A DNA stretch of 64,000 nt from the NCBI GenBank assembly GCA_044356215.1, contig JBIKWQ010000001.1, positions 1 through 64,000 of the forward strand. Reading direction: 5' to 3'. Below the pieces are notes generated by a model. It was not told where the DNA came from. It saw only the letters and a program-made list of their open reading frames with translations, and searched no databases. A program made the position numbers and the translations under genes. Positions within the stretch are counted from its first letter, which is position 1. Each line of letters opens with the position of its first letter. Below, one piece after another: positions 1 through 9,646 of the stretch. Source of the stretch: Bdellovibrionota bacterium. GTDB taxonomy: Bacteria; Bdellovibrionota_C; UBA2361; OMII01.

Positions 1-938
1 AGAGCAGACCACGAGGTGCCGTTCCATTTGGCGATGTAGTTTACTGTTGTGCCACCTGCCGTCGTGAAACCACCCCCCGCATAGAGGTTTCCGCTTGAGT
101 CAACGGTCATGGCGGACACATCGCTATTCATCCCCGTTCCCAGCGCAGACCACGAGGTGCCGTTCCATTTGGCGATTCGGTTAACAGTTGTACCACCTGC
201 CGTCGTGAAACCTCCCCCCGCGTATAGGTTGCCGCTTGAGTCAAGGGTGAGGGCGGACACCCAACCATTCATCCCCGTCCCCAGCGCAGACCACGAGGTG
301 CCGTTCCATTTGGATATGGTGTTATTGCCTACGTAGAGGTTTCCGCTTGAGTCAACGGTCAGGGTCGAAACATAGCCCGACCGGTCTATCCCCAACGCAG
401 ACCAACTGCTACCATCCCACTTAGCAAATTGAGGCACTGGTGTGCCACCTGCCGTAGTGAAATCTCCCCCCGCATAGAGGTTGCCGCTTGAGTCAAGGGT
501 CAGGGCGTACACATCACTATCCATCCCCGTCCCCAGCGCAGACCACGAGGTGCCGTTCCATTTAGCTATATTGTTAACTGTTGTGCCACCTGCCGTCATG
601 AAATATCCCCCCGCATAGAGGTTTCCGCTTGAGTCAAGGGTGAGGGCGTACACATTACTATTTATCCCCGTCCCCAGCGCAGACCACGAGGTGCCGTTCC
701 ATTTGGCGATTTGGTTAACTATTGTCCCACCTGCCCTCTGGAAGAATCCCCCCGCATAGAGGTTTCCGCTTGAGTCAACGGTGAGGGCGTTTACAGTGCC
801 ACTCATCCCCGTCCCCAGCGCCGACCACGAGGTGCTGTTCCATTTGGCGATTCGGTTCCGGGTCGTACCCCCTGCCGTAGTGAAAGATCCCCCCGCATAG
901 AGGTTGCCGCTTGAGTCAGTGGCGAGGGCGGACACATC
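1..938 (-). pseudogene. Downstream part of an interrupted secreted beta-propeller repeat protein (about 7 repeats of ~44 aa); runs off the window edge
   Basis: Minus-strand frame reads DVSALATDSSGNLYAGGSFTTAGG..IAKWNGTSWSALGTGM repeatedly (~132-bp units). It is the same frame and repeat as the end of ORF 4857..5849. Confidence 0.9.
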
Positions 939-1635
939 ATCTTCTAGGAAAACTGATGTTTAAATTATTGCCGGTACTGTTAACCTCCAAAGAGTATGAT
1001 GTACTATGGAGTACTGAGGCTGCAGCACTCACCATATCAAGAACTCTACAAACGGTCTTGTCATCGAATCCAGCCAATAGCGGCTGCACTAAATCCGCAA
1101 TTTTTAATCCAACAGATACACCTTGAAGTACAACACAGTCGTGTGACTCATCGCCTATCTGCTTGGCAATATCTGAGGTACGCACTACTCTATTCAACGC
1201 TTTGGATAACATCGCATGGCCATCTTGCGGCGACTTTGTCTGCCGGTCTTCAATTTCTGCTCTTTGAGATAAGTATAAAATTAAGGGTTCTCCTACAGCA
1301 ACTTTAAAATATGCTGAAGAACCGTCTGGATTAGATAGGATGTCTTTTGCTGACGTGAGTTGCTTCTCCGATCGATCCATGTACTGCTTACCTCGAATAA
1401 TTCGCAATTGAAAATTTACTTCTGCAATTCTAACAAACTGAGGTTCTTAAGCAAATAAATGCTGGATAATGTTTAGGGTTAAGCCGCGGATGGTGGTATC
1501 TGCGGCTTCAAAAGTCATCGGGGGAAGATTGAATTTGCTGTGAAGCCATAACGATATAACATAGTAGTGTCCCGATCCGCCCATCTCGGCGATTCGGACA
1601 ATCTTTGGGTTAGCGCACACCATTGCGTTACTCAA
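937..1635 (-). pseudogene. Hypothetical protein, probably one gene broken by an in-frame TAA at 1447-1449
   Basis: ORFs 1447..1635 and 937..1407 share a frame, and the 13 codons between them are open (EPQFVRIAEVNFQ). Confidence 0.5.
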
Positions 1636-1764
1636 CTACAACGATAATGGCTAACAAAATCGCACTGTTTCGCCGCTATTGTGGAACTGACACATCTAGC
1701 GATTTTGTGTAGCTGGGCAGATCCGCTCAGCTAAGACTTTATGGATGAAACGGAGCTGCATGAA

Positions 1765-2229
1765 CTAAGGCTTTTTAGAGCTTAGTATGGCGACAGGATT
1801 AACCGATTTGCCGTCTACCCTCACCTCAAAGTGAAGGTGGGGGCCCGTTGCTCGTCCACTTTCTCCGACAAAACCAAGTATCGTCCCTGCCGATACTGAG
1901 TCTCCGACAGAGACTCTACTCGCCCAGCAATCAGCATAGAGGGTAGTAACGTCCTTGTTATGCCTAACTCCAACTACCCGGCCAAGCCCGGGCGTGGTTC
2001 CAGAGAAAATAACATGCCCAGCGGCTACTGCTCTGACAGCACTGCCTGCTGGAGCTGCAAAATCAATCCCATCATGGAACCTCTTTTTACCATGCAGAGG
2101 ATCTGCCCTAGTCCCGTACTCGCTGGTTATTATAGCATTTACAACAGGAGGAATTATTTTAGGCCCAACTCCAGGATTTGCTCCTTTCATGAAGAACACT
2201 GCTGTTAGTAGGGCCTCAGCGGGGCTCAT
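1765..2229 (-). CDS. M23 family metallopeptidase (peptidoglycan hydrolase)
   Basis: HDGIDF (HxxxD), TGPHLHFEVR (HxH) and C-terminal VNP. The usual YAH reads YAD. Confidence 0.9.
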   Translation of the reverse strand: MSPAEALLTAVFFMKGANPGVGPKIIPPVVNAIITSEYGTRADPLHGKKRFHDGIDFAAPAGSAVRAVAAGHVIFSGTTPGLGRVVGVRHNKDVTTLYADCWASRVSVGDSVSAGTILGFVGESGRATGPHLHFEVRVDGKSVNPVAILSSKKP

Positions 2230-2232
2230 GGA

Positions 2233-2898
2233 CTACCCCTCTTTAGCCACTACGACACTTCTACTAACCCAGGCCTCTTCCCCGCGTGGGGTGCTTACCT
2301 TTAACCACTTATCTGTCCCATCAAGGGCCATAAGAGTAGTGTCTTTTCCGACTTCTAGAATGCTAGCGGTTGTTCGGTCCGCTCCTTTACGTAGATGCGC
2401 CTTATCCGTTGTAACAATCACGGGGAATGGAAACGTCTCTGATGCTTCTACTCTAACACTCGAAGCTTCTCTTGCCTGAGAGATGCTCTGCACAGTATCA
2501 ACAAGCCCGGATACGATACGCTTTAAGAGCTCTACCTCTCGCTCTAGTTTACTATCTTGTTCAACTACTGGCGGCTCAGTCACGACAGCAGGAGCTTGTG
2601 CTATTACGTCTGGTAGTACAGGAGTTATTTGTGGTGTTTTATGAGTCCCTGAGAGCCATATTACTGATGTACAGAGCAGGCCAGCGCCGATTCCTGAGAT
2701 AAACGCTAGTCCCCGCGACGAGATCCCCCCATGTCTAAGCCTAGCTATCGAAAAAGCTGCCCTTGAGGTTTTAGCTTCTCTTGGATCAACACCTCTAGCA
2801 CCTTGATAGATCTCATCTAGCTCGTCATCCTCATCGATTAAATACGCCGGGTGAATCAGTACCATTTTGTCTCTCCTCCAATTAATTGTCGTTACCAA
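2233..2898 (-). CDS. Membrane-anchored protein with C-terminal bacterial SH3-like domain (start may be 2865)
   Basis: One TM segment, short coiled coil, then AHLRKGA...WLKV...EAWVSRS (SH3_3-like pattern). Confidence 0.7.
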   Translation of the reverse strand: MVTTINWRRDKMVLIHPAYLIDEDDELDEIYQGARGVDPREAKTSRAAFSIARLRHGGISSRGLAFISGIGAGLLCTSVIWLSGTHKTPQITPVLPDVIAQAPAVVTEPPVVEQDSKLEREVELLKRIVSGLVDTVQSISQAREASSVRVEASETFPFPVIVTTDKAHLRKGADRTTASILEVGKDTTLMALDGTDKWLKVSTPRGEEAWVSRSVVVAKEG

Positions 2899-3826
2899 TA
2901 GAAACTAGGTCGTATTGATCTCTCTTTACTCCCTTTACCTGAATGATGTCCTTTACCAGCCGCTTTGCTCCTCGCTTCTCCATGTAGACCAGCACATTTA
3001 CTGCCTCTGCTATCATAGCCCTGAAGGGAGTTACGCCTGCTTCCTGAACCAACTGCTCTAATCGCAAAAGCCCCTTCTCCGCCGAGTTTGCGTGCACTGT
3101 ACTAACTCCCCCAGGATGTCCTGTGTTCCAGGCCTTAAGCAGGTCAAGAGCCTCTGAGCCTCTAACCTCACCAATTACCACCCTGTCTGGACTAAGCCTT
3201 AACGTGTACTTAACCAAGTCCCTTAGCGAGGCTATCCCTTCCTTTGTATGAAGATACTCAACGTCTCTCGCTCGGCACTGTAGCTCTTGGGTATCTTCAA
3301 GAATGACAATTCTATCGGTTGTCTCTTCAACTACTCGTAGGAGCGCATTTACGAAGGTGGTTTTGCCTGAGTCAGTTCCTCCCACTACTAATATATTCTT
3401 TCGTGATAGCACCGCCTCTCGCAGCACTTTAAGACCCTCTGCTGAGACAACTCCTTGAGAAAGTAGATCCTCAAGGGTAAAGATTCTTACCGCCTTCTTT
3501 CTGATAACGAATATGGGGGACTTAACTAGTGGAGGAATAACTCCCTGGAAGCGTTCCCCTGTAAGAGGCAGCTCTGCGGAGATAGCCGGCCTACTCTCAT
3601 TGCAGACATCCCCTACTCCATACGCGACGGCATAAATTGCTCTCCTAGCGTTCTCTGGTGATATCGATACAGGCGATTGGAATTTTCCATCACCTAATCG
3701 ATTGCCCCAGATCGATCCATCTGAGTTTAGACGAATCTCACTAATCTGCTCATCACGAAGCAACGTCTCTATTCCTGATCCCAGCGCGGAAGTAAGGAGC
3801 TCACTTAATCTAGTTTGGTGCTGCAT
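2882..3826 (-). CDS. trbB: P-type conjugative transfer ATPase TrbB (VirB11 family)
   Basis: GGTDSGKTT Walker A, ILEDTQEL, LRLSPDRVVIGEVRG, AWNTGHPGG..TVHAN. Confidence 0.9.
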   Translation of the reverse strand: MQHQTRLSELLTSALGSGIETLLRDEQISEIRLNSDGSIWGNRLGDGKFQSPVSISPENARRAIYAVAYGVGDVCNESRPAISAELPLTGERFQGVIPPLVKSPIFVIRKKAVRIFTLEDLLSQGVVSAEGLKVLREAVLSRKNILVVGGTDSGKTTFVNALLRVVEETTDRIVILEDTQELQCRARDVEYLHTKEGIASLRDLVKYTLRLSPDRVVIGEVRGSEALDLLKAWNTGHPGGVSTVHANSAEKGLLRLEQLVQEAGVTPFRAMIAEAVNVLVYMEKRGAKRLVKDIIQVKGVKRDQYDLVSIGNDN

Positions 3827-3846
3827 AGTGCCTATTACACCTCCTA

Positions 3847-4062
3847 TTACTGTACGTAGAGATGTCCTTGCCTGGCATCTCTTAACCTGGCTCGGGCCTC
3901 TTTTAACTGTAAGGCCCCGGCCACAAAGGTTTCGGCCTGCTCACAATCAAATCCAAGATGATTCACAAGACTAAGTACAACGGGCTCTGCTGCTATTAGT
4001 TCCTGTATTGAATAAATTCCTACTAGCGCCTCTAGTAAAAGATTTATCTGATAAGTCGACAT
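3847..4062 (-). CDS. Small hypothetical protein upstream of trbB
   Basis: 71-aa ORF with AGAGGA RBS, co-oriented with trbB. Confidence 0.5.
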   Translation of the reverse strand: MSTYQINLLLEALVGIYSIQELIAAEPVVLSLVNHLGFDCEQAETFVAGALQLKEARARLRDARQGHLYVQ

Positions 4063-4306
4063 TCATATCCTCTTCTTTCATTTAAGGAGGTTTCGACTAT
4101 ATGCTGATTCGCGTAAGGGCGTTGGGGACCGTGACTGGGGCCTTAAAAGGCCTCGGGGTAGGCGTCGATGCGCTCTAAATCCTGCCCCTCTGAGATGCTA
4201 ACGAACATTCAAAATCTTGTAGTTGCGTCTAACTTGTTCCACGACGGAACGAGAAAATGAGTGCTGATTGTGATTTTCATTTTTGATCAATATCGAAATC
4301 TTACGA

Positions 4307-4870
4307 TTAGCTAATGCGTTTTGACGCGATTACAAGATGCTTATTTGGGAAATTACAGTCATCTCCAAGTATCTGCTTAGTTCTTACGTTGAAGTATCTT
4401 TGGAGTATTGGAAGTGTTGCATTCAAAACTTCAGTTTCTGCAAAGGTAAGAACCGCTTGTCCATTTGAATTTAAACTCTCATTGAGGTCTGCAAGAAAGC
4501 CTTCTCTTGCTGTAAACGGGATATTAAAATTAAACACTATCGCTAGATCAAAGGAACCTTTGATCTCCCTCGGAAGGTCTGCAAGAAACTTTGGGATCGC
4601 GTGCTCATTATCAAGAATGCCAGCTGAAACTGCTTTTTGTAGCTCCACTTCATCAGGATCAATCCCGAAAACCTCTGATGCCCCAAGATTCCGAAAAACT
4701 TCTATGTAGCGACCATCGCGGGTACCAACATCCAATACGGTCATATTCTCAAAAGCTTTCATTCCCAGTCTGCGACCAGTACCTTCTGGTCCCAGCTCCG
4801 ATGTTAGCTTTACAGACATTGCTTCAAAGAAGGGCAATCCGACAGGCAGCTGCCTGCTATGCGTGTTCAC
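4307..4870 (-). CDS. Class I SAM-dependent methyltransferase; the ORF-track extension to 5104 is read-through from the host gene
   Basis: VLDVGTRDG motif I, FGIDPD, GSFDLAI, LNSNG. In-frame GTG at 4870 lies at the insertion junction. Confidence 0.75.
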   Translation of the reverse strand: MNTHSRQLPVGLPFFEAMSVKLTSELGPEGTGRRLGMKAFENMTVLDVGTRDGRYIEVFRNLGASEVFGIDPDEVELQKAVSAGILDNEHAIPKFLADLPREIKGSFDLAIVFNFNIPFTAREGFLADLNESLNSNGQAVLTFAETEVLNATLPILQRYFNVRTKQILGDDCNFPNKHLVIASKRIS

Positions 4871-5849
4871 TATCCATCCCCGTCCCCAGCGCAGACCACG
4901 AGGTGCCGTTCCATCTGGCGATTCGGTTAACTGTTGTGCCACCTGCCGTGGTGAAACTTCCCCCAGCATAGAGGTTGCCGCCTGAGTCAAGGGCAATAAC
5001 CGCCACGCCAGAATCAAACCCTGCAGCAAAACCAATCGCCCCATAATCCCCCCCTCCTCCAGCCATACCCCACGCCGAGCCGTTATACTCATACGCGATG
5101 GCATTTACTCCACTCTCTCCCGAAACAGCCGCAAGCATCTTCCCCGACTCAAGCGGAACCACAGCAACGCTAGCAACCGATATCGACGGTTTCCCCATCG
5201 AAGTAGCCGCGTCAAAAGTAAGTGTACTTGACCCTGAGTTCGTTGTTCGTCTTACTGTAAGAAGGTATCGATCACCCACATCGCCTAAATCTTTAAACGC
5301 TGCCGTCCATACCTTGTCGTTACTATCAAGGGCCACGTGCGGCAGGATATACTTGTCACTAGCAGAGGAGCCATCGAGTACTGTCACCGCGCTATCAAAC
5401 GTGATAGTTGTTCCAGAGATCGTCCCGCGCCGAATCACGATGTCGTAAGTGTTCGCCTCGCTAACCAAGAACACATACGATGTGCCAGAGATAACTTTAA
5501 ACGCCACTGAGAAATTAGGTGTGTTGTAAGCCAGGTTTCCGCGAGTGGTCCAGGTGGTGGCGTCGGACGATGAAGCGTAATCGATCTGGCTTCCGGTATA
5601 CCAGAAGACCCAGTGATTGCTTGAGCCTGAATCGTAAAATGTTTTTCTTGCCGCTGGGGTTGTTGAACTCGTTGAAGTCGACGCGCCAACAACCGAAACC
5701 TGCGCGTGAGTGCTTGAGATACCTGTGGAAACAAGTAAAGCGATTAGATACACCACTAGCGTAAGCGCCTTTACGCTCCATCTCACACGGGCAAAGAGCC
5801 CGCCTGAGCACTGGCTAGTTTGTTGATCGTTTCCGCACCACATCTTCAC
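4857..5849 (-). pseudogene. N-terminal part of the interrupted secreted beta-propeller repeat protein
   Basis: Signal peptide-like segment ending ..STHA-Q, Ser/Thr-rich beta domain, first repeat, then a premature stop (GMDSEHA*) just inside the insert. Confidence 0.9.
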
Positions 5850-6214
5850 TTCTACAATCGGCTCTGTATATGATTATTTAAAGCGTTTTTCTTCCTACTT
5901 TCGGTGACTACGGGCGTAGAGATTTAGGAGAGCGAGTTGAGCACATCTCTTATTCTCTAGAGCCCGGCAACTTCACCGGTAAGTACAAAGACTTACCCAA
6001 GGGTTTAGGATGCTAGTTTGGTGCTGTTAGCTGCTGGGAATTTTTTTTAGGTCGAAGGAGCTGCTTTTAGGGGGAAAACTTAGAGAAACTTAATAGAATT
6101 TCGTAAGAATGGTGAGTGGTTCTGAATCCTGATTAATGATCGCTGCATCCAACTTGGTTACTTGAAAGACGACCTTGATTTTCTCACACCCCTCGCCTCT
6201 GCGTCCCCTGTGGT

Positions 6215-7078
6215 TTAATAAGGCTTGCAATCAAAATTCTTTCTCAAATCAGAGATGGCTTTAAATTCTTGCAGCACAACATACCCATCTGATACAGCAA
6301 TAATTTTCTCTAGATTTGTATTATGAACAACAGAACCAATCGGCTCCCGTCGTTCAGCGGTCCAACCATTTGCTCTCGTCACAGAATATTCAATGGTATC
6401 AACTACCGCGGTAGATTCGAATTTACTAAAGGCTCTAACGATTTTGAGTATCTCGTCAACTCGATAGTTCCAATCTAAAAATCTATCGATCCTAGATGGC
6501 ATGGGCCAGTAGGATCCATTTTCACATTGCGGAGAGCAAGCTTCCCAGAAAAATTCAAAATTACTGAGTAATTTCCTCATTAACAACAATGCAGTCATCT
6601 GTGTTCTTGCGGATAATGTTTCAAGATCGTCGTGTTGAGTTAACACTAATCGGGATTGAACTAGTATATCACCTCTATCCCATTCGGATGTGAGCTTATG
6701 TATAGAAACTCCAGCGTGTTCGGGGTATTTCAGAATAAGCCACGGCAACGGCCATCTCCCTCGTCCGTAGGGTAAGAAAGTTGGATGGACATTGATACCA
6801 CGGATGAGTTTCAGATCCAGCGCTGGTATCTTATACGGGTATCCAGCCGTGATGATTAAGTCACAACCTTGCTCAATCAATTCTGTGATCAACTTTGGCG
6901 TTGGCTTTGAAAAACTCACTGGACACCCAGCTTCCTCCGCCACTGACAAAATCCTCTTGTTAAAATCCCATATGTTATCTGTGTTTATTGTGTTGATTTG
7001 ACGAATGTCGTGACCGGTTGCAATCAAGTCTATTAAGCAATCTACAAAAAAGTCATATCCGAAATAGGCTATACGCAT
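6215..7078 (-). CDS. Formyltransferase family protein (Fmt/ArnA-like, possibly a sugar N-formyltransferase)
   Basis: INVHPTFLPYGRGRWP, GVSIHKL..EWDRGDI. Visibly AT-richer than its neighbours. Confidence 0.85.
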   Translation of the reverse strand: MRIAYFGYDFFVDCLIDLIATGHDIRQINTINTDNIWDFNKRILSVAEEAGCPVSFSKPTPKLITELIEQGCDLIITAGYPYKIPALDLKLIRGINVHPTFLPYGRGRWPLPWLILKYPEHAGVSIHKLTSEWDRGDILVQSRLVLTQHDDLETLSARTQMTALLLMRKLLSNFEFFWEACSPQCENGSYWPMPSRIDRFLDWNYRVDEILKIVRAFSKFESTAVVDTIEYSVTRANGWTAERREPIGSVVHNTNLEKIIAVSDGYVVLQEFKAISDLRKNFDCKPY

Positions 7079-7273
7079 CGATCTGCCCCCTCAATTAGTA
7101 CCAGTAGCAGTTAGAATTTCCCCGGCTGTTTACTTCCTAACATATTTACAAAGGGCTGTCCTCCGGTCCCGTGGGGTATTGGGAGGCAGGCGTAGTACGT
7201 AGCACGTACCTCGTCTTACGTTAAACGTGAGACGCCTGTCGCATGTCGAATAAAATATTCAGCACAACAACTC

Positions 7274-7681
7274 CTAACCCTTCCCCACCAACGCCCGTTC
7301 AAAATCCTCCGGAAACTTCATCCCTCTGCGTGTAGTGGCATCCATAAACATCAAAGAAAAAGTTCCCTCAACCGCGACTTTGTCGCGCTCATTTAAGATC
7401 CGCTGACGAATCTTAATCACCCGGTCCACTACCTCCACCGAATCGCAGGTAACTTTGATTGTCCCTAACTTAACCTCGCGCTTATACACGGCATCTACGC
7501 CGACGATAACGAGCACTTTGCCAGCTCGCATAAGTTCATCATTCGGAAATCCGATCGAGGCTACAAAATCGGCTCGGGCTTGCTCAAATAACGATAAGAT
7601 CCTGCCGTGGTGGACATGGTCATACTCAGCGGCGATCCACGAGGAATCAACCTGAAAATCGATCGAAAACATAATGCGCAA
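7274..7681 (-). CDS. Hotdog-fold acyl-CoA thioesterase (4HBT/YbgC-like)
   Basis: YDHVHHGRILSLFEQAR motif; 135 aa. Confidence 0.8.
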   Translation of the reverse strand: MRIMFSIDFQVDSSWIAAEYDHVHHGRILSLFEQARADFVASIGFPNDELMRAGKVLVIVGVDAVYKREVKLGTIKVTCDSVEVVDRVIKIRQRILNERDKVAVEGTFSLMFMDATTRRGMKFPEDFERALVGKG

Positions 7682-7708
7682 AAGCAGGCGAAGACGTGAA
7701 CAGGTCCG

Positions 7709-8530
7709 CTATCCTATAGCCTTATACCCCTCAAATCCATACTGGTCGGGGTTATTAACTATAAGCGATAAAGCAATTACCTTCGGAACAAAGCGTTTTG
7801 TCTCACCAGGAAGATGTCCACCACGCGCGAGATCCCAGAAGTCCTCCTCTCCTGTTCTATTCATCAACTTGTTAATAGCCCCACGGCCGGCGTTGTATGC
7901 GGCAAGGGCTAGATGCCAATCCTGAAACGCTATGAACAGGTCGCGCAGGTGCTGCGCGGCAGCCTCTGTAGAACGTTTAAAGTCGGTACGGTCATCGCGG
8001 CTGCGGTCAACTTTGAGCCCATAAACTCGCGCGGTCGACTTCATAAACTGCCACATGCCCTTGGCTCCTGCCGGGCTCGCCGCCTTCGTATTTAACCCGC
8101 TCTCAACTGCGGCGACTGAAACTAACTCTGATGGAACACCGGCGTCCTTAAGAACTTGAGCCATAGGACCGAACTTGTCGGCGCCCTTGGCTAGGATATC
8201 AACCACGGTCCCCCGCTCACGGGTCATATATCTGTCTAGCTCCTGTCTGACCTCAGGAGTCAGCTCTAAATCAACCCTCGGAAGAACCCGGGATGCCTGT
8301 GCGTAAAGTTGCTTTGGGGTCTTGGCCGAGGCCTCGAAGATTAACTTCTCGTCTGCCGTTAGACCGGCGGACCTGTTCGAGCCTAGATCACTTGGAGCGC
8401 CACGGAAACGTAATCCGCACCCTGTGCTAGAGATCGAAAGCGCTAGAAGAACTATTGGAAGAATTGCCGTCCTAAACGAGGCGCGGATAAAGCCCGCGCT
8501 AACGGCTCTCTTAAAAGCAAATTTAATCAT
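7709..8530 (-). CDS. Lytic transglycosylase (SLT domain, MltD-like), probable lipoprotein
   Basis: VESGLN..A.SPAGAKGMWQFM, ALAAYNAG, ETKRFVPK; STGC lipobox-like sequence. Confidence 0.92.
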   Translation of the reverse strand: MIKFAFKRAVSAGFIRASFRTAILPIVLLALSISSTGCGLRFRGAPSDLGSNRSAGLTADEKLIFEASAKTPKQLYAQASRVLPRVDLELTPEVRQELDRYMTRERGTVVDILAKGADKFGPMAQVLKDAGVPSELVSVAAVESGLNTKAASPAGAKGMWQFMKSTARVYGLKVDRSRDDRTDFKRSTEAAAQHLRDLFIAFQDWHLALAAYNAGRGAINKLMNRTGEEDFWDLARGGHLPGETKRFVPKVIALSLIVNNPDQYGFEGYKAIG

Positions 8531-8841
8531 AAGTCACCTAAGCTAAACCGTCGCGAAGTACGGTAAAGTCTGGATTTCGACCTAAAGTACAGCCCAACTC
8601 GGGCCGCTAGGCAAGATTTCGGAGCTCTTGCAGCGATTAGGCGCACCAGTTACGCATGTAACTAACTGAATATACGTAGAACCACTGAAACCAACCTCTG
8701 TTTACGCTGATAAACCAGCAGCCTTAAAAGTCGCTATCTTACTGCCTAAATGATTTATCGTCCCTTCCCCTCAAAAGCTGCATCTTATTTTTCTGAGTCC
8801 CTAAGTGTTTCCCGCAGCCCTGGTTGCGGACGGTTTGAGGC

Positions 8842-9522
8842 ATGGTGCCTCTGTCCAAGCACTTATCAAGGGTCGATGTGGGTGTAATAGGTTTTACTAT
8901 GCGAAGGAATGCTGGTTTGCCAAATCTTAAGCTCTCGAAAACTAAGCTGATAGCTCAGGCTGCCCTCTGCCTTGTGCTTCTTGCAGGTTGTTCAGGTCGC
9001 AAGCTCGGCACAGAAGGCAGTTACAAGTGGCTAGAGAACGGCTCATTGGCTTTATCAAGACCTCTTCCGAAAAGAGGAGCGGCCATCAGTAACCAGATCG
9101 CCACCTCCGCCCCAGTCTCTAGCCCAAGTAGCAGCACTGAGGCAGCTCAGATCATTATCTCGCGCCGTGATAACACCCTAACGGCTCTCATGCCTGGCAG
9201 CTCTCCGGTTACTTTCAAAGCTGAAGGGGCGGCTCTTCTGCCACAGGGCTCCTTTGCGGTTACTATGAAGGAGGAGGCTCCTCTTTGGTACGCGCCTCGC
9301 GAATACTTCACGAGCCGCGCCCTTGATGTGCCATCTGAAGGTAGTCGTTCTCGCTTTAGACGGGCCGCACTTGGCAGCCGGGCTATGTACCTCGACAACC
9401 AGACCCCGATACACTCCGGCCCGGTTTGGTTGAAAGAGATCGGTGGCTTACGGGTTAAACAGACCGAGATGGAACGGATCTACTCAATGGTCACCGTTGG
9501 GACCCGGGTTGAGGTGCGTTAA
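8842..9522 (+). CDS. YkuD/L,D-transpeptidase-like lipoprotein lacking the catalytic Cys (start may be 8899)
   Basis: LAGC lipobox; PLWYAP, ALGSRAMYL, PIH, IYSMVTVGTRVEV. SHGC reads EIGG. Confidence 0.75.
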   Translation: MVPLSKHLSRVDVGVIGFTMRRNAGLPNLKLSKTKLIAQAALCLVLLAGCSGRKLGTEGSYKWLENGSLALSRPLPKRGAAISNQIATSAPVSSPSSSTEAAQIIISRRDNTLTALMPGSSPVTFKAEGAALLPQGSFAVTMKEEAPLWYAPREYFTSRALDVPSEGSRSRFRRAALGSRAMYLDNQTPIHSGPVWLKEIGGLRVKQTEMERIYSMVTVGTRVEVR

Positions 9523-9646
9523 TTAGCACTCCTACGCTATACACCCAGACCTTAATCAGCTAATATCACAAGAGATCGATTTTGATTTGGGTAGAGGGCC
9601 GCTTAATCGCCTAACTGCAGGCGATAACTAGCCGAGGATGTAGTAT

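Larger units (their letters stand above)
940..4869. mobile_element. 3,930-bp insertion (probable conjugative-element remnant) interrupting the repeat gene
   Basis: TCA at 937-939 and 4867-4869. Removing the insert gives GACACATCACTATCCATCC, matching the intact repeat near 510-527. Carries trbB. Confidence 0.8.

Noticed and set aside
109..336. Plus-strand ORFs over the repeats (also 4591..4971)
   Set aside because: Antisense shadows of the minus-strand repeat gene.
1..938. 132-bp repeats as a CRISPR array or DGR template/variable repeats
   Set aside because: The repeats are in-frame protein-coding units without unique spacers, and no cas or reverse transcriptase gene is in the window.
1447..1449. 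Programmed stop-codon readthrough
   Set aside because: It is a TAA in a decaying mobile region with another in-frame stop at 1636-1638; simple pseudogenisation is more likely.
4871..5104. N-terminal extension of the methyltransferase ORF
   Set aside because: An alternative frame of the host repeat gene outside the insertion junction.
7140..7250. Hairpin CGTCTTACGTT-A-AACGTGAGACG as an ncRNA or REP
   Set aside because: Single copy in the window with no recognisable family; it may simply be a terminator.
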